The position numbers and the translations under genes are program-made. DNA of 64,000 nucleotides from Eledone cirrhosa. Taxonomy: Eukaryota. Within the stretch, counting starts at the first letter, position 1; each line of letters begins with the position of its first letter. Location: assembly GCA_964016885.1 (NCBI GenBank), contig OZ024740.1, positions 420,298,001 through 420,362,000 of the forward strand, written 5' to 3'. This document shows, piece after piece, positions 16,012 through 31,000 of this stretch. The notes beneath the pieces were generated by a model. That model was not told the DNA's origin. It saw only the letters and a list, made by a program, of their open reading frames with translations, and did not search any database.

Positions 16012-19000
16012 TTGGAGGTGACAGTGTACATATGTGGTGGGAATGCAGTAGAGTTGGTGGTGACATTCTACATATGTGGTGGGAACTATGTAGAGTTGGA
16101 GGTGACAGTCTACATATGTGGTGGGAAAGAGGTAGAGTTGGAGGTGAGAGTCTACATATGTGGTGGGAAAGAGGTAGAGTTGGAGGTGATAGTCTACATA
16201 TGTGGTGGGAATGATGTACAGTTGGAGGTGACAATCTACATACGTGGTGGGCATGATGTAGAGTTGGAGGTGAGAAACTACATATGTGGTGGGAATGATG
16301 TAGAGTTGGAGGTGACAGTCTACATATGTGGTGGGAAAGAGGTAGAGTTGGGGGATGACAGTCTACATATGTGGTGGGAATGATGTACTGTTGGAGGTGA
16401 CACTCTACATATGTGGTGGGAATGATGTAGAGTTGGAGGTGACAGTCTACATATGTAGTGGGAATGATGTACAGTTGGAGGTGAAAGTCTATATATGTGG
16501 TGGGAATGATGTACAGTTGGATGTGACAGTCTACATATGTGGTGGGAATGATGTAGAGTTGGAGGTGACAGTCTACAAATTAGGTGGGAATGATGTAGAG
16601 TTGGATGTGACAATCTACATATGTGGTGGGAAGGATGTAGAGTTGGAGGTGACAGTCTACATATGTGGTGGGAAAGAGGTACAGTTGGAGGTGACAGTCT
16701 ACATATGTAGTGGGAATGATTTACAGTTAGAGGTGACAATCTACATATGTGTTGGGAATTATGTAGAGTTGGAGGTGACAATCTACATATGTGGTGGGAA
16801 TGATGTAGAGTTGGAGGTGACAATCTACATATGTGGTGGGAATGATGTAGAGTTGGAGGTGACAATCTACATATGTGGTGGGAAGGATGTAGAGTTGGAG
16901 GTGACAGTCTACATATGTGGTGGGAAAGAGGTACAGTTGGAGGTGACAGTCTACATATGTGGTGGGAATGATGTAGAGTTGGAGGTGACAGTCTACATAT
17001 GTGGTGGGAATGATGTACAGTTGGAGGTGACAGTCTATATATGTGGTGGGAATGATGTACAGTTGGAGGTGACAGTCTACATAGGTGGTGGGAATGATGT
17101 AGAGTTGGAGGTGACAGTCTGCATATGTGGTGGGAATGATGTAGAGTTGGAGGTGACAGTTTACATGTGTGGTGGGAATGATGTAGAGTTGAAGGGGACA
17201 GACTACATATGTGGTGGGAATTATGTAGAGTTGGAGGTGAGTCTACATATGTGGTGGGAATGATGTAGAGGAATGATGTACAGTTGGAGGTGACAATCTA
17301 CATACGTGGTGGGCATGATGTAGAGTTGGAGGTGAGAGTCTACATATGTGGTGGGAAAGAGGTAGAGTTGGAGGTGATAGTCTACATATGTGGTGGGAAT
17401 GATGTACAGTTGGAGGTGACAATCTACATACGTGGTGGGCATGATGTAGAGTTGGAGGTGAGAAACTACATATGTGGTGGGAATGATGTAGAGTTGGAGG
17501 TGACAGTCTACATATGTGGTGGGAAAGAGGTAGAGTTGGGGGATGACAGTCTACATATGTGGTGGGAATGATGTACTGTTGGAGGTGACACTCTACATAT
17601 GTGGAGGGAATGATGTAGAGTTGGAGGTGAAAGTCTATATATGTGGTGGGAATGATGTACAGTTGGATGTGACAGTCTACATATGTGGTGGGAATGATGT
17701 AGAGTTGGAGGTGACAGTCTACAAATTAGGTGGGAATGATGTAGAGTTGGAGGTGACAATCTACATATGTGGTGGGAAGGATGTAGAGTTGGAGGTGAGA
17801 GTCTACATATGTGGTGGGAAAGAGGTACAGTTGGAGGTGACAGTCTACATATGTAGTGGGAATGATTTACAGTTAGAGGTGACATTCTACATATGTGGTG
17901 GGAATGATGTAGAGTTGGAGGTGACAATCTACATATGTGTTGGGAATTATGTAGAGTTGGAGGTGACAATCTACATATGTGGTGGGAATGATGTAGAGTT
18001 GGAGGTGACAATCTACATATGTGGTGGGAATGATGTAGAGTTGGAGGTGACAATCTACATATGTGGTGGGAAGGATGTAGAGTTGGAGGTGACAGTCTAC
18101 ATATGTGGTGGGAAAGAGGTACAGTTGGAGGTGACAGTCTACATATGTGGTGGGAATGATGTAGAGTTGGAGGTGACAGGCTACATATGTGGTGGGAATG
18201 ATGTACAGTTGGAGGTGACAGTCTATATATGTGGTGGGAATGATGTACAGTTGGAGGTGACAGTCTACATAGGTGGTGGGAATGATGTAGAGTTGGAGGT
18301 GACAGTCTGCATATGTGGTGGGAATGATGTAGAGTTGGAGGTGACAGTTTACATGTGTGGTGGGAATGATGTAGAGTTGAAGGGGACAGTCTACATATGT
18401 GGTGAGAATGATGTAGAGTTGGAGGTGACAGTCTACATATGTGGTGGGAATGATGTAGAGTTGGTGGTGACAATCTACATATGTGGTGGGAATGATGTAC
18501 AGTTGGAGGTGACAGTCTACATAGGTGTTGGGAATGATGTACAGTTGGAGGTGATAGTCTGCATATGTGGTGGGAATGATGTAGAGTTGGAGGTGACAAT
18601 CTACATATGTGGTGGGAATTATGTAGAGTCGGAGGTGACAATCTACATATGTTGTGGGAATGATGTAGAGTTGGAGGTGACAGTCTACATATGTGGTGGG
18701 TCTGATGTACAGTTGGAGGTGACAGTCTACATATGTGGTGGGAATGGTGTAGAGTTGGAGGTGACAGTCTACATATGTGGCAGGAATGATGTAGAGTTGG
18801 AGGTGACAGTTTACATATGTGGTGGGAATGATGTAGAGTTGAAGGGGACACTCTACATATGTGGTGGGAATGATGTAGAGTTGAAGGGGACACTCTACAT
18901 ATGTGGTTGGAATGATGTACAGTTGGAGGTGACAGTCTATATATGTGGTGGGAATGATGTACAGTTGGAGGTGACAGTCTACATAGGTGGTGGGAACTAT

Positions 19001-22000
19001 GTAGAGTTGGAGGTGACAGTCTACATATGTGGTGGGAAAGAGGTAGAGTTGGAGGTGAGAGTCTACATATGTGGTGGGAAAGAGGTAGAGTTGGAGGTGA
19101 TAGTCTACATATGTGGTGGGAATGATGTACAGTTGGAGGTGACAATCTACATACGTGGTGGGCATGATGTAGAGTTGGAGGTGAGAAACTACATATGTGG
19201 TGGGAATGATGTAGAGTTGGAGGTGACAGTCTACATATGTGGTGGGAAAGAGGTAGAGTTGGGGGATGACAGTCTACATATGTGGTGGGAATGATGTACT
19301 GTTGGAGGTGACACTCTACATATGTGGTGGGAATGATGTAGAGTTGGAGGTGACAGTCTACATATGTGGTGGGAATGATGTAGAGTTGGAGGTGAAAGTC
19401 TATATATGTGGTGGGAATGATGTACAGTTGGATGTGACAGTCTACATATGTGGTGGGAATGATGTAGAGTTGGAGGTGACAGTCTACAAATTAGGTGGGA
19501 AGGATGTAGAGTTGGAGGTGACAGTCTACATATGTGGTGGGAAAGAGGTACAGTTGGAGGTGACAGTCTACATATGTAGTGGGAATGATTTACAGTTAGA
19601 GGTGACATTCTACATATGTGGTGGGAATGATGTAGAGTTGGAGGTGACAATCTACATATGTGTTGGGAATTATGTAGAGTTGGAGGTGACAATCTACATA
19701 TGTGGTGGGAATGATGTAGATTTGGAGGTGACAATCTACATATGTGGTGGGAATGATGTAGGGTTGGAGGTGACAATCTACATATGTGGTGGGAAGGATG
19801 TAGAGTTGGAGGTGACAGTCTACATATGTGGTGGGAAAGAGGTACAGTTGGAGGTGACAGTCTACATATGTGGTGGGAATGATGTAGAGTTGGAGGTGAC
19901 AGTCTACATATGTGGTGGGAATGATGTACAGTTGGAGGTGACAGTCTATATATGTGGTGGGAATGATGTACAGTTGGAGGTGACAGTCTACATAGGTGGT
20001 GGGAATGATGTAGAGTTGGAGGTGACAGTCTGCATATGTGGTGGGAATGATGTAGAGTTGGAGGTGACAGTTTACATGTGTGGTGGGAATGATGTAGAGT
20101 TGGTGGTGACAATCTACATATGTGGTGGGAATGATGTACAGTTGGAGGTGACAGTCTACATAGGTGTTGGGAATGATGTACAGTTGGAGGTGATAGTCTG
20201 CATATGTGGTGGGAATGATGTAGGGTTGGAGGTGACAATCTACATATGTGGTGGGAATTATGTAGAGTCGGAGGTGACAATCTACATATGTTGTGGGAAT
20301 GATGTAGAGTTGGAGGTGACAGTCTACATATGTGGTGGGAATGATGTAGAGTTGGAGGTAACAGTCTACATATGTGGTGGGTCTGATGTACAGTTGGAGG
20401 TGACAGTCTACATATGTGGTGGGAATGGTGTAGAGTTGGAGGTGACAGTCTACATATGTGGCAGGAATGATGTAGAGTTGGAGGTGACAGTTTACATATG
20501 TGGTGGGAATGATGTAGAGTTGAAGGGGAGACTCTACATATGTGGTGGGAATGATGTAGAGTTGGAGGTGACAGCCTAGATATGTCTTGGGAATGATGTA
20601 GAGTTGGAGCCGACCGTCTACATATGTGGTGGGAATGGTGTCGAGTTTGAGGTGACAATCTACATATGTGGTGGGAATGATGTAGAGTTGGAGGTGACAG
20701 TCTACATATGTGGTGGGAATGATGTAGAGTTGGAGGTAACAGTCTACATATGTGGTGGGTCTGATGTACAGTTGGAGGTGACAGTCTACATATGTGGTGG
20801 GAATGGTGTAGAGTTGGAGGTGACAGTCTACATATGTGGCAGGAATGATGTAGAGTTGGAGGTGACAGTTTACATATGTGGTGGGAATGATGTAGAGTTG
20901 AAGGGGACACTCTACATATGTGGTGGGAATGATGTAGAGTTGGAGGTGACAGTCTGCATATGTGGTGGGAATGATGTAGAGTTGGAGGTGATAGTCTACA
21001 TATGTAGGTGGGAAAGAGGTAGAGTTGGAGGTGACAGTCTACATATGTGGTGGGAATGCTGTAGAGTTGGTGGTGACATTCTACATATGTGGTGGGAACT
21101 ATGTAGAGTTGGAGGTGACAGTCTACATATGTTGTGGGAAAGAGGTAGAGTTGGAGGTGAGAGTCTACATATGTGGTGGGAAAGAGGTAGAGTTGGAGGT
21201 GACAATCTACATACGTGGTGGGCATGATGTAGAGTTGGAGGTGAGAAACTACATATGTGGTGGGAATGATGTAGAGTTGGAGGTGACAGTCTACATATGT
21301 GGTGGGAAAGAGGTAGAGTTGGGGGATGACAGTCTACATATGTGGTGGGAATGATGTACTGTTGGAGGTGACACTCTACATATGTGGTGGGAATGATGTA
21401 GAGTTGGAGGTGACAGTCTACATATGTGGTGGGAATGATGTAGAGTTGGTGGTGACAGTCTACATATGTGGTGGGAAAGAGGTAGAGTTGGAGGTGACAG
21501 TCTACATATGTGGTGGGAATGATGTAGAGTTGGTGGTGACAGTCTACATATGTGTTGGGAATTATGTAGAGTTGGAGGTGACAATCTACATATGTGGTGG
21601 GAATGATGTAGAGTTGGAGGTGACAATCTACATATGTGGTGGGAAGGATGTAGAGTTGGAGGTGACAGTCTACATATGTGGTGGGAAAGAGGTACAGTTG
21701 GAGGTGACAGTCTACATATGTGGTGGGAATGATGTAGAGTTGGAGGTGACAGTCTACAAATTAGGTGGGAATGATGTAGAGTTGGAGGTGACAATCTACA
21801 TATGTGGTGGGAAGGATGTACAGTTGGAGGTGACAGTCTACATATGTGGTGGGAAAGAGGTACAGTTGGAGGTGACAGTCTACATATGTAGTGGGAATGA
21901 TTTACAGTTAGAGGTGACATTCTACATATGTGGTGGGAATGATGTAGAGTTGGAGGTGACAATCTACATATGTGTTGGGAATTATGTAGAGTTGGAGGTG

Positions 22001-25000
22001 ACAATCTACATATGTGGTGGGAATGATGTAGAGTTGGAGGTGACAATCTACATATGTGGTGGGAATGATGTAGAGTTGGAGGTGACAATCTACATATGTG
22101 GTGGGAAGGATGTAGAGTTGGAGGTGACAGTCTACATATGTGGTGGGAAAGAGGTACAGTTGGAGGTGACAGTCTACATATGTGGTGGGAATGATGTAGA
22201 GTTGGAGGTGACAGTCTACATATGTGGTGGGAATGATGTACAGTTGGAGGTGACAGTCTATATATGTGGTGGGAATGATGTACAGTTGGAGGTGACAGTC
22301 TACATAGGTGGTGGGAATGATGTAGAGTTGGAGGTGACAGTCTGCATATGTGGTGGGAATGATGTAGAGTTGGAGGTGACAGTTTACATATGTGGTGGGA
22401 ATGATGTAGAGTTGAAGGGGACAGTCTACATATGTGGTGGGAATGATGTAGAGTTGGAGGTGACAGTCTACATATGTGGTGGGAATAATGTAGAGTTGGT
22501 GGTGACAATCTACATATGTGGTGGGAATGATGTACAGTTGGAGGTGACAGTCTACATAGGTGTTGGGAATGATGTACAGTTGGAGGTGATAGTCTGCATA
22601 TGTGGTGGGAATGATGTAGAGTTGGAGGTGACAATCTACATATGTGGTGGGAATTATGTAGAGTCGGAGGTGACAATCTACATATGGTGTGGGAATGATG
22701 TAGAGTTGGAAGTGACAGTCTACATATGTGGTGGGAATGATGTAGAGTTGGAGGTAACAGTCTACATATGTGGTGGGTCTGATGTACAGTTGGAGGTGAC
22801 AGTCTACATATGTGGTGGGAATGGTGTAGAGTTGGAGGTGACAGTCTACATATGTGGCAGGAATGATGTAGAGTTGGAGGTGACAGTTTACATATGTGGT
22901 GGGAATGATGTAGAGTTGAAGGGGACACTCTACATATGTGGTGGGAATGATGTAGAGTTGGAGGTGACAGTCTAGATATGTCTTGGGAATGATGTACAGT
23001 TGGAGGTGATAGTCTGCATATGTGGTGGGAATGATGTAGGGTTGGAGGTGACAATCTACATATGTGGTGGGAATTATGTAGAGTCGGAGGTGACAATCTA
23101 CATATGTTGTGGGAATGATGTAGAGTTGGAGGTGACAGTCTACATATGTGGTGGGAATGATGTAGAGTTGGAGGTAACAGTCTACATATGTGGTGGGTCT
23201 GATGTACAGTTGGAGGTGACAGTCTACATATGTGGTGGGAATGGTGTAGAGTTGGAGGTGACAGTCTACATATGTGGCAGGAATGATGTAGAGTTGGAGG
23301 TGACAGTTTACATATGTGGTGGGAATGATGTAGAGTTGAAGGGGAGACTCTACATATGTGGTGGGAATGATGTAGAGTTGGAGGTGACAGCCTAGATATG
23401 TCTTGGGAATGATGTAGAGTTGGAGCCGACCGTCTACATATGTGGTGGGAATGGTGTCGAGTTTGAGGTGACAATCTACATATGTGGTGGGAATGATGTA
23501 GAGTTGGAGGTGACAGTCTACATATGTGGTGGGAATGATGTAGAGTTGGAGGTAACAGTCTACATATGTGGTGGGTCTGATGTACAGTTGGAGGTGACAG
23601 TCTACATATGTGGTGGGAATGGTGTAGAGTTGGAGGTGACAGTCTACATATGTGGCAGGAATGATGTAGAGTTGGAGGTGACAGTTTACATATGTGGTGG
23701 GAATGATGTAGAGTTGAAGGGGACACTCTACATATGTGGTGGGAATGATGTAGAGTTGGAGGTGACAGTCTGCATATGTGGTGGGAATGATGTAGAGTTG
23801 GAGGTGATAGTCTACATATGTAGGTGGGAAAGAGGTAGAGTTGGAGGTGACAGTCTACATATGTGGTGGGAATGCTGTAGAGTTGGTGGTGACATTCTAC
23901 ATATGTGGTGGGAACTATGTAGAGTTGGAGGTGACAGTCTACATATGTTGTGGGAAAGAGGTAGAGTTGGAGGTGAGAGTCTACATATGTGGTGGGAAAG
24001 AGGTAGAGTTGGAGGTGACAATCTACATACGTGGTGGGCATGATGTAGAGTTGGAGGTGAGAAACTACATATGTGGTGGGAATGATGTAGAGTTGGAGGT
24101 GACAGTCTACATATGTGGTGGGAAAGAGGTAGAGTTGGGGGATGACAGTCTACATATGTGGTGGGAATGATGTACTGTTGGAGGTGACACTCTACATATG
24201 TGGTGGGAATGATGTAGAGTTGGAGGTGACAGTCTACATATGTGGTGGGAATGATGTAGAGTTGGTGGTGACAGTCTACATATGTGGTGGGAAAGAGGTA
24301 GAGTTGGAGGTGACAGTCTACATATGTGGTGGGAATGATGTAGAGTTGGTGGTGACAGTCTACATATGTGTTGGGAATTATGTAGAGTTGGAGGTGACAA
24401 TCTACATATGTGGTGGGAATGATGTAGAGTTGGAGGTGACAATCTACATATGTGGTGGGAAGGATGTAGAGTTGGAGGTGACAGTCTACATATGTGGTGG
24501 GAAAGAGGTACAGTTGGAGGTGACAGTCTACATATGTGGTGGGAATGATGTAGAGTTGGAGGTGACAGTCTACAAATTAGGTGGGAATGATGTAGAGTTG
24601 GAGGTGACAATCTACATATGTGGTGGGAAGGATGTACAGTTGGAGGTGACAGTCTACATATGTGGTGGGAAAGAGGTACAGTTGGAGGTGACAGTCTACA
24701 TATGTAGTGGGAATGATTTACAGTTAGAGGTGACATTCTACATATGTGGTGGGAATGATGTAGAGTTGGAGGTGACAATCTACATATGTGTTGGGAATTA
24801 TGTAGAGTTGGAGGTGACAATCTACATATGTGGTGGGAATGATGTAGAGTTGGAGGTGACAATCTACATATGTGGTGGGAATGATGTAGAGTTGGAGGTG
24901 ACAATCTACATATGTGGTGGGAAGGATGTAGAGTTGGAGGTGACAGTCTACATATGTGGTGGGAAAGAGGTACAGTTGGAGGTGACAGTCTACATATGTG

Positions 25001-28000
25001 GTGGGAATGATGTAGAGTTGGAGGTGACAGTCTACATATGTGGTGGGAATGATGTACAGTTGGAGGTGACAGTCTATATATGTGGTGGGAATGATGTACA
25101 GTTGGAGGTGACAGTCTACATAGGTGGTGGGAATGATGTAGAGTTGGAGGTGACAGTCTGCATATGTGGTGGGAATGATGTAGAGTTGGAGGTGACAGTT
25201 TACATATGTGGTGGGAATGATGTAGAGTTGAAGGGGACAGTCTACATATGTGGTGGGAATGATGTAGAGTTGGAGGTGACAGTCTACATATGTGGTGGGA
25301 ATAATGTAGAGTTGGTGGTGACAATCTACATATGTGGTGGGAATGATGTACAGTTGGAGGTGACAGTCTACATAGGTGTTGGGAATGATGTACAGTTGGA
25401 GGTGATAGTCTGCATATGTGGTGGGAATGATGTAGAGTTGGAGGTGACAATCTACATATGTGGTGGGAATTATGTAGAGTCGGAGGTGACAATCTACATA
25501 TGGTGTGGGAATGATGTAGAGTTGGAAGTGACAGTCTACATATGTGGTGGGAATGATGTAGAGTTGGAGGTAACAGTCTACATATGTGGTGGGTCTGATG
25601 TACAGTTGGAGGTGACAGTCTACATATGTGGTGGGAATGGTGTAGAGTTGGAGGTGACAGTCTACATATGTGGCAGGAATGATGTAGAGTTGGAGGTGAC
25701 AGTTTACATATGTGGTGGGAATGATGTAGAGTTGAAGGGGACACTCTACATATGTGGTGGGAATGATGTAGAGTTGGAGGTGACAGTCTAGATATGTCTT
25801 GGGAATGATGTAGAGTTGGAGCCGACCGTCTACATATGTGGTGGGAATGGTGTCGAGTTTGAGGTGACAATCTACATATGTGGTGGGAATGATGTAGAGT
25901 TGGAGGTGACAGTCTACATATGTGGTGGGAATGATGTGTAGTTGGAGGTGACAGTCTACATATGTGGTGGGAAGGATGTAGATTTGGAGATGACAGTCTA
26001 CATATGTGGTGGGAATGATGTAGAGTTGGAAGGGACAGTCTACATATGTGGTGGGAATGATGTAGAGTTGGAGGTGGCAGTCTACATATGTGGTGGGAAT
26101 GATGTAGAGTTGGAGGTGACAGTCTACATATGTGGTTGGAATGAGGTAGAGTTGGAGATGACAGTCTACATATGTGGTGGGAATGATGTAGAGTTGGTGG
26201 TGACACTCTAAATATGGGGTGGGAAAGAGCTAGAGTTGGAGGTGACAGTCTACATATGTGGTGGGAATGATGTAGAGTTGGTGGTGACAGTCTACATATG
26301 TGGTGGGAAAGAGGTAGAGTTGGAGGTGACAGTCTACATATGTGGTGGGAATGATGTAGAGTTGGTGGTGACAGTCTACATATGTGTTGGGAATTATGTA
26401 GAGTTGGAGGTGACAATCTACATATGTGGTGGGAATGATGTAGAGTTGGAGGTGACAATCTACATATGTGGTGGGAATGATGTAGAGTTGGAGGTGACAA
26501 TCTACATATGTGGTGGGAAGGATGTAGAGTTGGAGGTGACAGTCTACATATGTGGTGGGAAAGAGGTACAGTTGGAGGTGACAGTCTACATATGTGGTGG
26601 GAATGATGTAGAGTTGGAGGTGACAGTCTACATATGTGGTGGGAATGATGTACAGTTGGAGGTGACAGTCTATATATGTGGTGGGAATGATGTACAGTTG
26701 GAGGTGACAGTCTACATAGGTGGTGGGAATGATGTAGAGTTGGAGGTGACAGTCTGCATATGTGGTGGGAATGATGTAGAGTTGGAGGTGACAGTTTACA
26801 TGTGTGGTGGGAATGATGTAGAGTTGAAGGGGACAGTCTACATATGTGGTGGGAATTATGTAGAGTTGGAGGTGAGTCTACATATGTGGTGGGAATGATG
26901 TAGAGGAATGATGTACAGTTGGAGGTGACAATCTACATACGTGGTGGGCATGATGTAGAGTTGGAGGTGAGAGTCTACATATGTGGTGGGAAAGAGGTAG
27001 AGTTGGAGGTGATAGTCTACATATGTGGTGGGAAAGAGGTACAGTTGGAGGTGACAGTCTACATATGTAGTGGGAATGATTTACAGTTAGAGGTGACAAT
27101 CTACATATGTGTTGGGAATTATGTAGAGTTGGAGGTGACAATCTACATATGTGGTGGGAATGATGTAGAGTTGGAGGTGACAATCTACATATGTGGTGGG
27201 AATGATGTAGAGTTGGAGGTGACAATCTACATATGTGGTGGGAAGGATGTAGAGTTGGAGGTGACAGTCTACATATGTGGTGGGAAAGAGGTACAGTTGG
27301 AGGTGACAGTCTACATATGTGGTGGGAATGATGTAGAGTTGGAGGTGACAGTCTACATATGTGGTGGGAATGATGTACAGTTGGAGGTGACAGTCTATAT
27401 ATGTGGTGGGAATGATGTACAGTTGGAGGTGACAGTCTACATAGGTGGTGGGAATGATGTAGAGTTGGAGGTGACAGTCTGCATATGTGGTGGGAATGAT
27501 GTAGAGTTGGAGGTGACAGTTTACATGTGTGGTGGGAATGATGTAGAGTTGAAGGGGACAGACTACATATGTGGTGGGAATTATGTAGAGTTGGAGGTGA
27601 GTCTACATATGTGGTGGGAATGATGTAGAGGAATGATGTACAGTTGGAGGTGACAATCTACATACGTGGTGGGCATGATGTAGAGTTGGAGGTGAGAGTC
27701 TACATATGTGGTGGGAAAGAGGTAGAGTTGGAGGTGATAGTCTACATATGTGGTGGGAATGATGTACAGTTGGAGGTGACAATCTACATACGTGGTGGGC
27801 ATGATGTAGAGTTGGAGGTGAGAAACTACATATGTGGTGGGAATGATGTAGAGTTGGAGGTGACAGTCTACATATGTGGTGGGAAAGAGGTAGAGTTGGG
27901 GGATGACAGTCTACATATGTGGTGGGAATGATGTACTGTTGGAGGTGACACTCTACATATGTGGAGGGAATGATGTAGAGTTGGAGGTGAAAGTCTATAT

Positions 28001-31000
28001 ATGTGGTGGGAATGATGTACAGTTGGATGTGACAGTCTACATATGTGGTGGGAATGATGTAGAGTTGGAGGTGACAGTCTACAAATTAGGTGGGAATGAT
28101 GTAGAGTTGGAGGTGACAATCTACATATGTGGTGGGAAGGATGTAGAGTTGGAGGTGAGAGTCTACATATGTGGTGGGAAAGAGGTACAGTTGGAGGTGA
28201 CAGTCTACATATGTAGTGGGAATGATTTACAGTTAGAGGTGACATTCTACATATGTGGTGGGAATGATGTAGAGTTGGAGGTGACAATCTACATATGTGT
28301 TGGGAATTATGTAGAGTTGGAGGTGACAATCTACATATGTGGTGGGAATGATGTAGAGTTGGAGGTGACAATCTACATATGTGGTGGGAATGATGTAGAG
28401 TTGGAGGTGACAATCTACATATGTGGTGGGAAGGATGTAGAGTTGGAGGTGACAGTCTACATATGTGGTGGGAAAGAGGTACAGTTGGAGGTGACAGTCT
28501 ACATATGTGGTGGGAATGATGTAGAGTTGGAGGTGACAGGCTACATATGTGGTGGGAATGATGTACAGTTGGAGGTGACAGTCTATATATGTGGTGGGAA
28601 TGATGTACAGTTGGAGGTGACAGTCTACATAGGTGGTGGGAATGATGTAGAGTTGGAGGTGACAATCTACATATGTGGTGGGAAGGATGTAGAGTTGGAG
28701 GTGACAGTCTACATATGTGGTGGGAAAGAGGTACAGTTGGAGGTGACAGTCTACAGATGTGGTGGGAATGATGTAGAGTTGGAGGTGACAGTCTACATAT
28801 GTGGTGGGAATGATGTACAGTTGGAGGTGATAGTCTATATATGTGGTGGGAATGATGTACAGTTGGAGGTGACAGTCTACATAGGTGGTGGGAATGATGT
28901 AGAGTTGGAGGTGACAGTCTGCATATGTGGTGGGAATGATGTAGAGTTGGAGGTGACAGTTTACATATGTGGTGGGAATGATGTAGAGTTGAAGGGGACA
29001 GTCTACATATGTGGTGGGAATGATGTAGAGTTGGAGGTGACAGTCTACATATGTGGTGGGAATAATGTAGAGTTGGTGGTGACAATCTACATATGTGGTG
29101 GGAATGATGTACAGTTGGAGGTGACAGTCTACATAGGTGTTGGGAATGATGTACAGTTGGAGGTGATAGTCTGCATATGTGGTGGGAATGATGTAGAGTT
29201 GGAGGTGACAATCTACATATGTGGTGGGAATTATGTAGAGTCGGAGGTGACAATCTACATATGGTGTGGGAATGATGTAGAGTTGGAAGTGACAGTCTAC
29301 ATATGTGGTGGGAATGATGTAGAGTTGGAGGTAACAGTCTACATATGTGGTGGGTCTGATGTACAGTTGGAGGTGACAGTCTACATATGTGGTGGGAATG
29401 GTGTAGAGTTGGAGGTGACAGTCTACATATGTGGCAGGAATGATGTAGAGTTGGAGGTGACAGTTTACATATGTGGTGGGAATGATGTAGAGTTGAAGGG
29501 GACACTCTACATATGTGGTGGGAATGATGTAGAGTTGGAGGTGACAGTCTAGATATGTCTTGGGAATGATGTACAGTTGGAGGTGATAGTCTGCATATGT
29601 GGTGGGAATGATGTAGGGTTGGAGGTGACAATCTACATATGTGGTGGGAATTATGTAGAGTCGGAGGTGACAATCTACATATGTTGTGGGAATGATGTAG
29701 AGTTGGAGGTGACAGTCTACATATGTGGTGGGAATGATGTAGAGTTGGAGGTAACAGTCTACATATGTGGTGGGTCTGATGTACAGTTGGAGGTGACAGT
29801 CTACATATGTGGTGGGAATGGTGTAGAGTTGGAGGTGACAGTCTACATATGTGGCAGGAATGATGTAGAGTTGGAGGTGACAGTTTACATATGTGGTGGG
29901 AATGATGTAGAGTTGAAGGGGAGACTCTACATATGTGGTGGGAATGATGTAGAGTTGGAGGTGACAGCCTAGATATGTCTTGGGAATGATGTAGAGTTGG
30001 AGCCGACCGTCTACATATGTGGTGGGAATGGTGTCGAGTTTGAGGTGACAATCTACATATGTGGTGGGAATGATGTAGAGTTGGAGGTGACAGTCTACAT
30101 ATGTGGTGGGAATGATGTAGAGTTGGAGGTAACAGTCTACATATGTGGTGGGTCTGATGTACAGTTGGAGGTGACAGTCTACATATGTGGTGGGAATGGT
30201 GTAGAGTTGGAGGTGACAGTCTACATATGTGGCAGGAATGATGTAGAGTTGGAGGTGACAGTTTACATATGTGGTGGGAATGATGTAGAGTTGAAGGGGA
30301 CACTCTACATATGTGGTGGGAATGATGTAGAGTTGGAGGTGACAGTCTGCATATGTGGTGGGAATGATGTAGAGTTGGAGATGATAGTCTACATATGTAG
30401 GTGGGAAAGAGGTAGAGTTGGAGGTGACAGTCTACATATGTGGTGGGAATGCTGTAGAGTTGGTGGTGACATTCTACATATGTGGTGGGAACTATGTAGA
30501 GTTGGAGGTGACAGTCTACATATGTTGTGGGAAAGAGGTAGAGTTGGAGGTGAGAGTCTACATATGTGGTGGGAAAGAGGTAGAGTTGGAGGTGACAATC
30601 TACATACGTGGTGGGCATGATGTAGAGTTGGAGGTGAGAAACTACATATGTGGTGGGAATGATGTAGAGTTGGAGGTGACAGTCTACATATGTGGTGGGA
30701 AAGAGGTAGAGTTGGGGGATGACAGTCTACATATGTGGTGGGAATGATGTACTGTTGGAGGTGACACTCTACATATGTGGTGGGAATGATGTAGAGTTGG
30801 AGGTGACAGTCTACATATGTGGTGGGAATGATGTAGAGTTGGTGGTGACAGTCTACATATGTGGTGGGAAAGAGGTAGAGTTGGAGGTGACAGTCTACAT
30901 ATGTGGTGGGAATGATGTAGAGTTGGTGGTGACAGTCTACATATGTGTTGGGAATTATGTAGAGTTGGAGGTGACAATCTACATATGTGGTGGGAATGAT

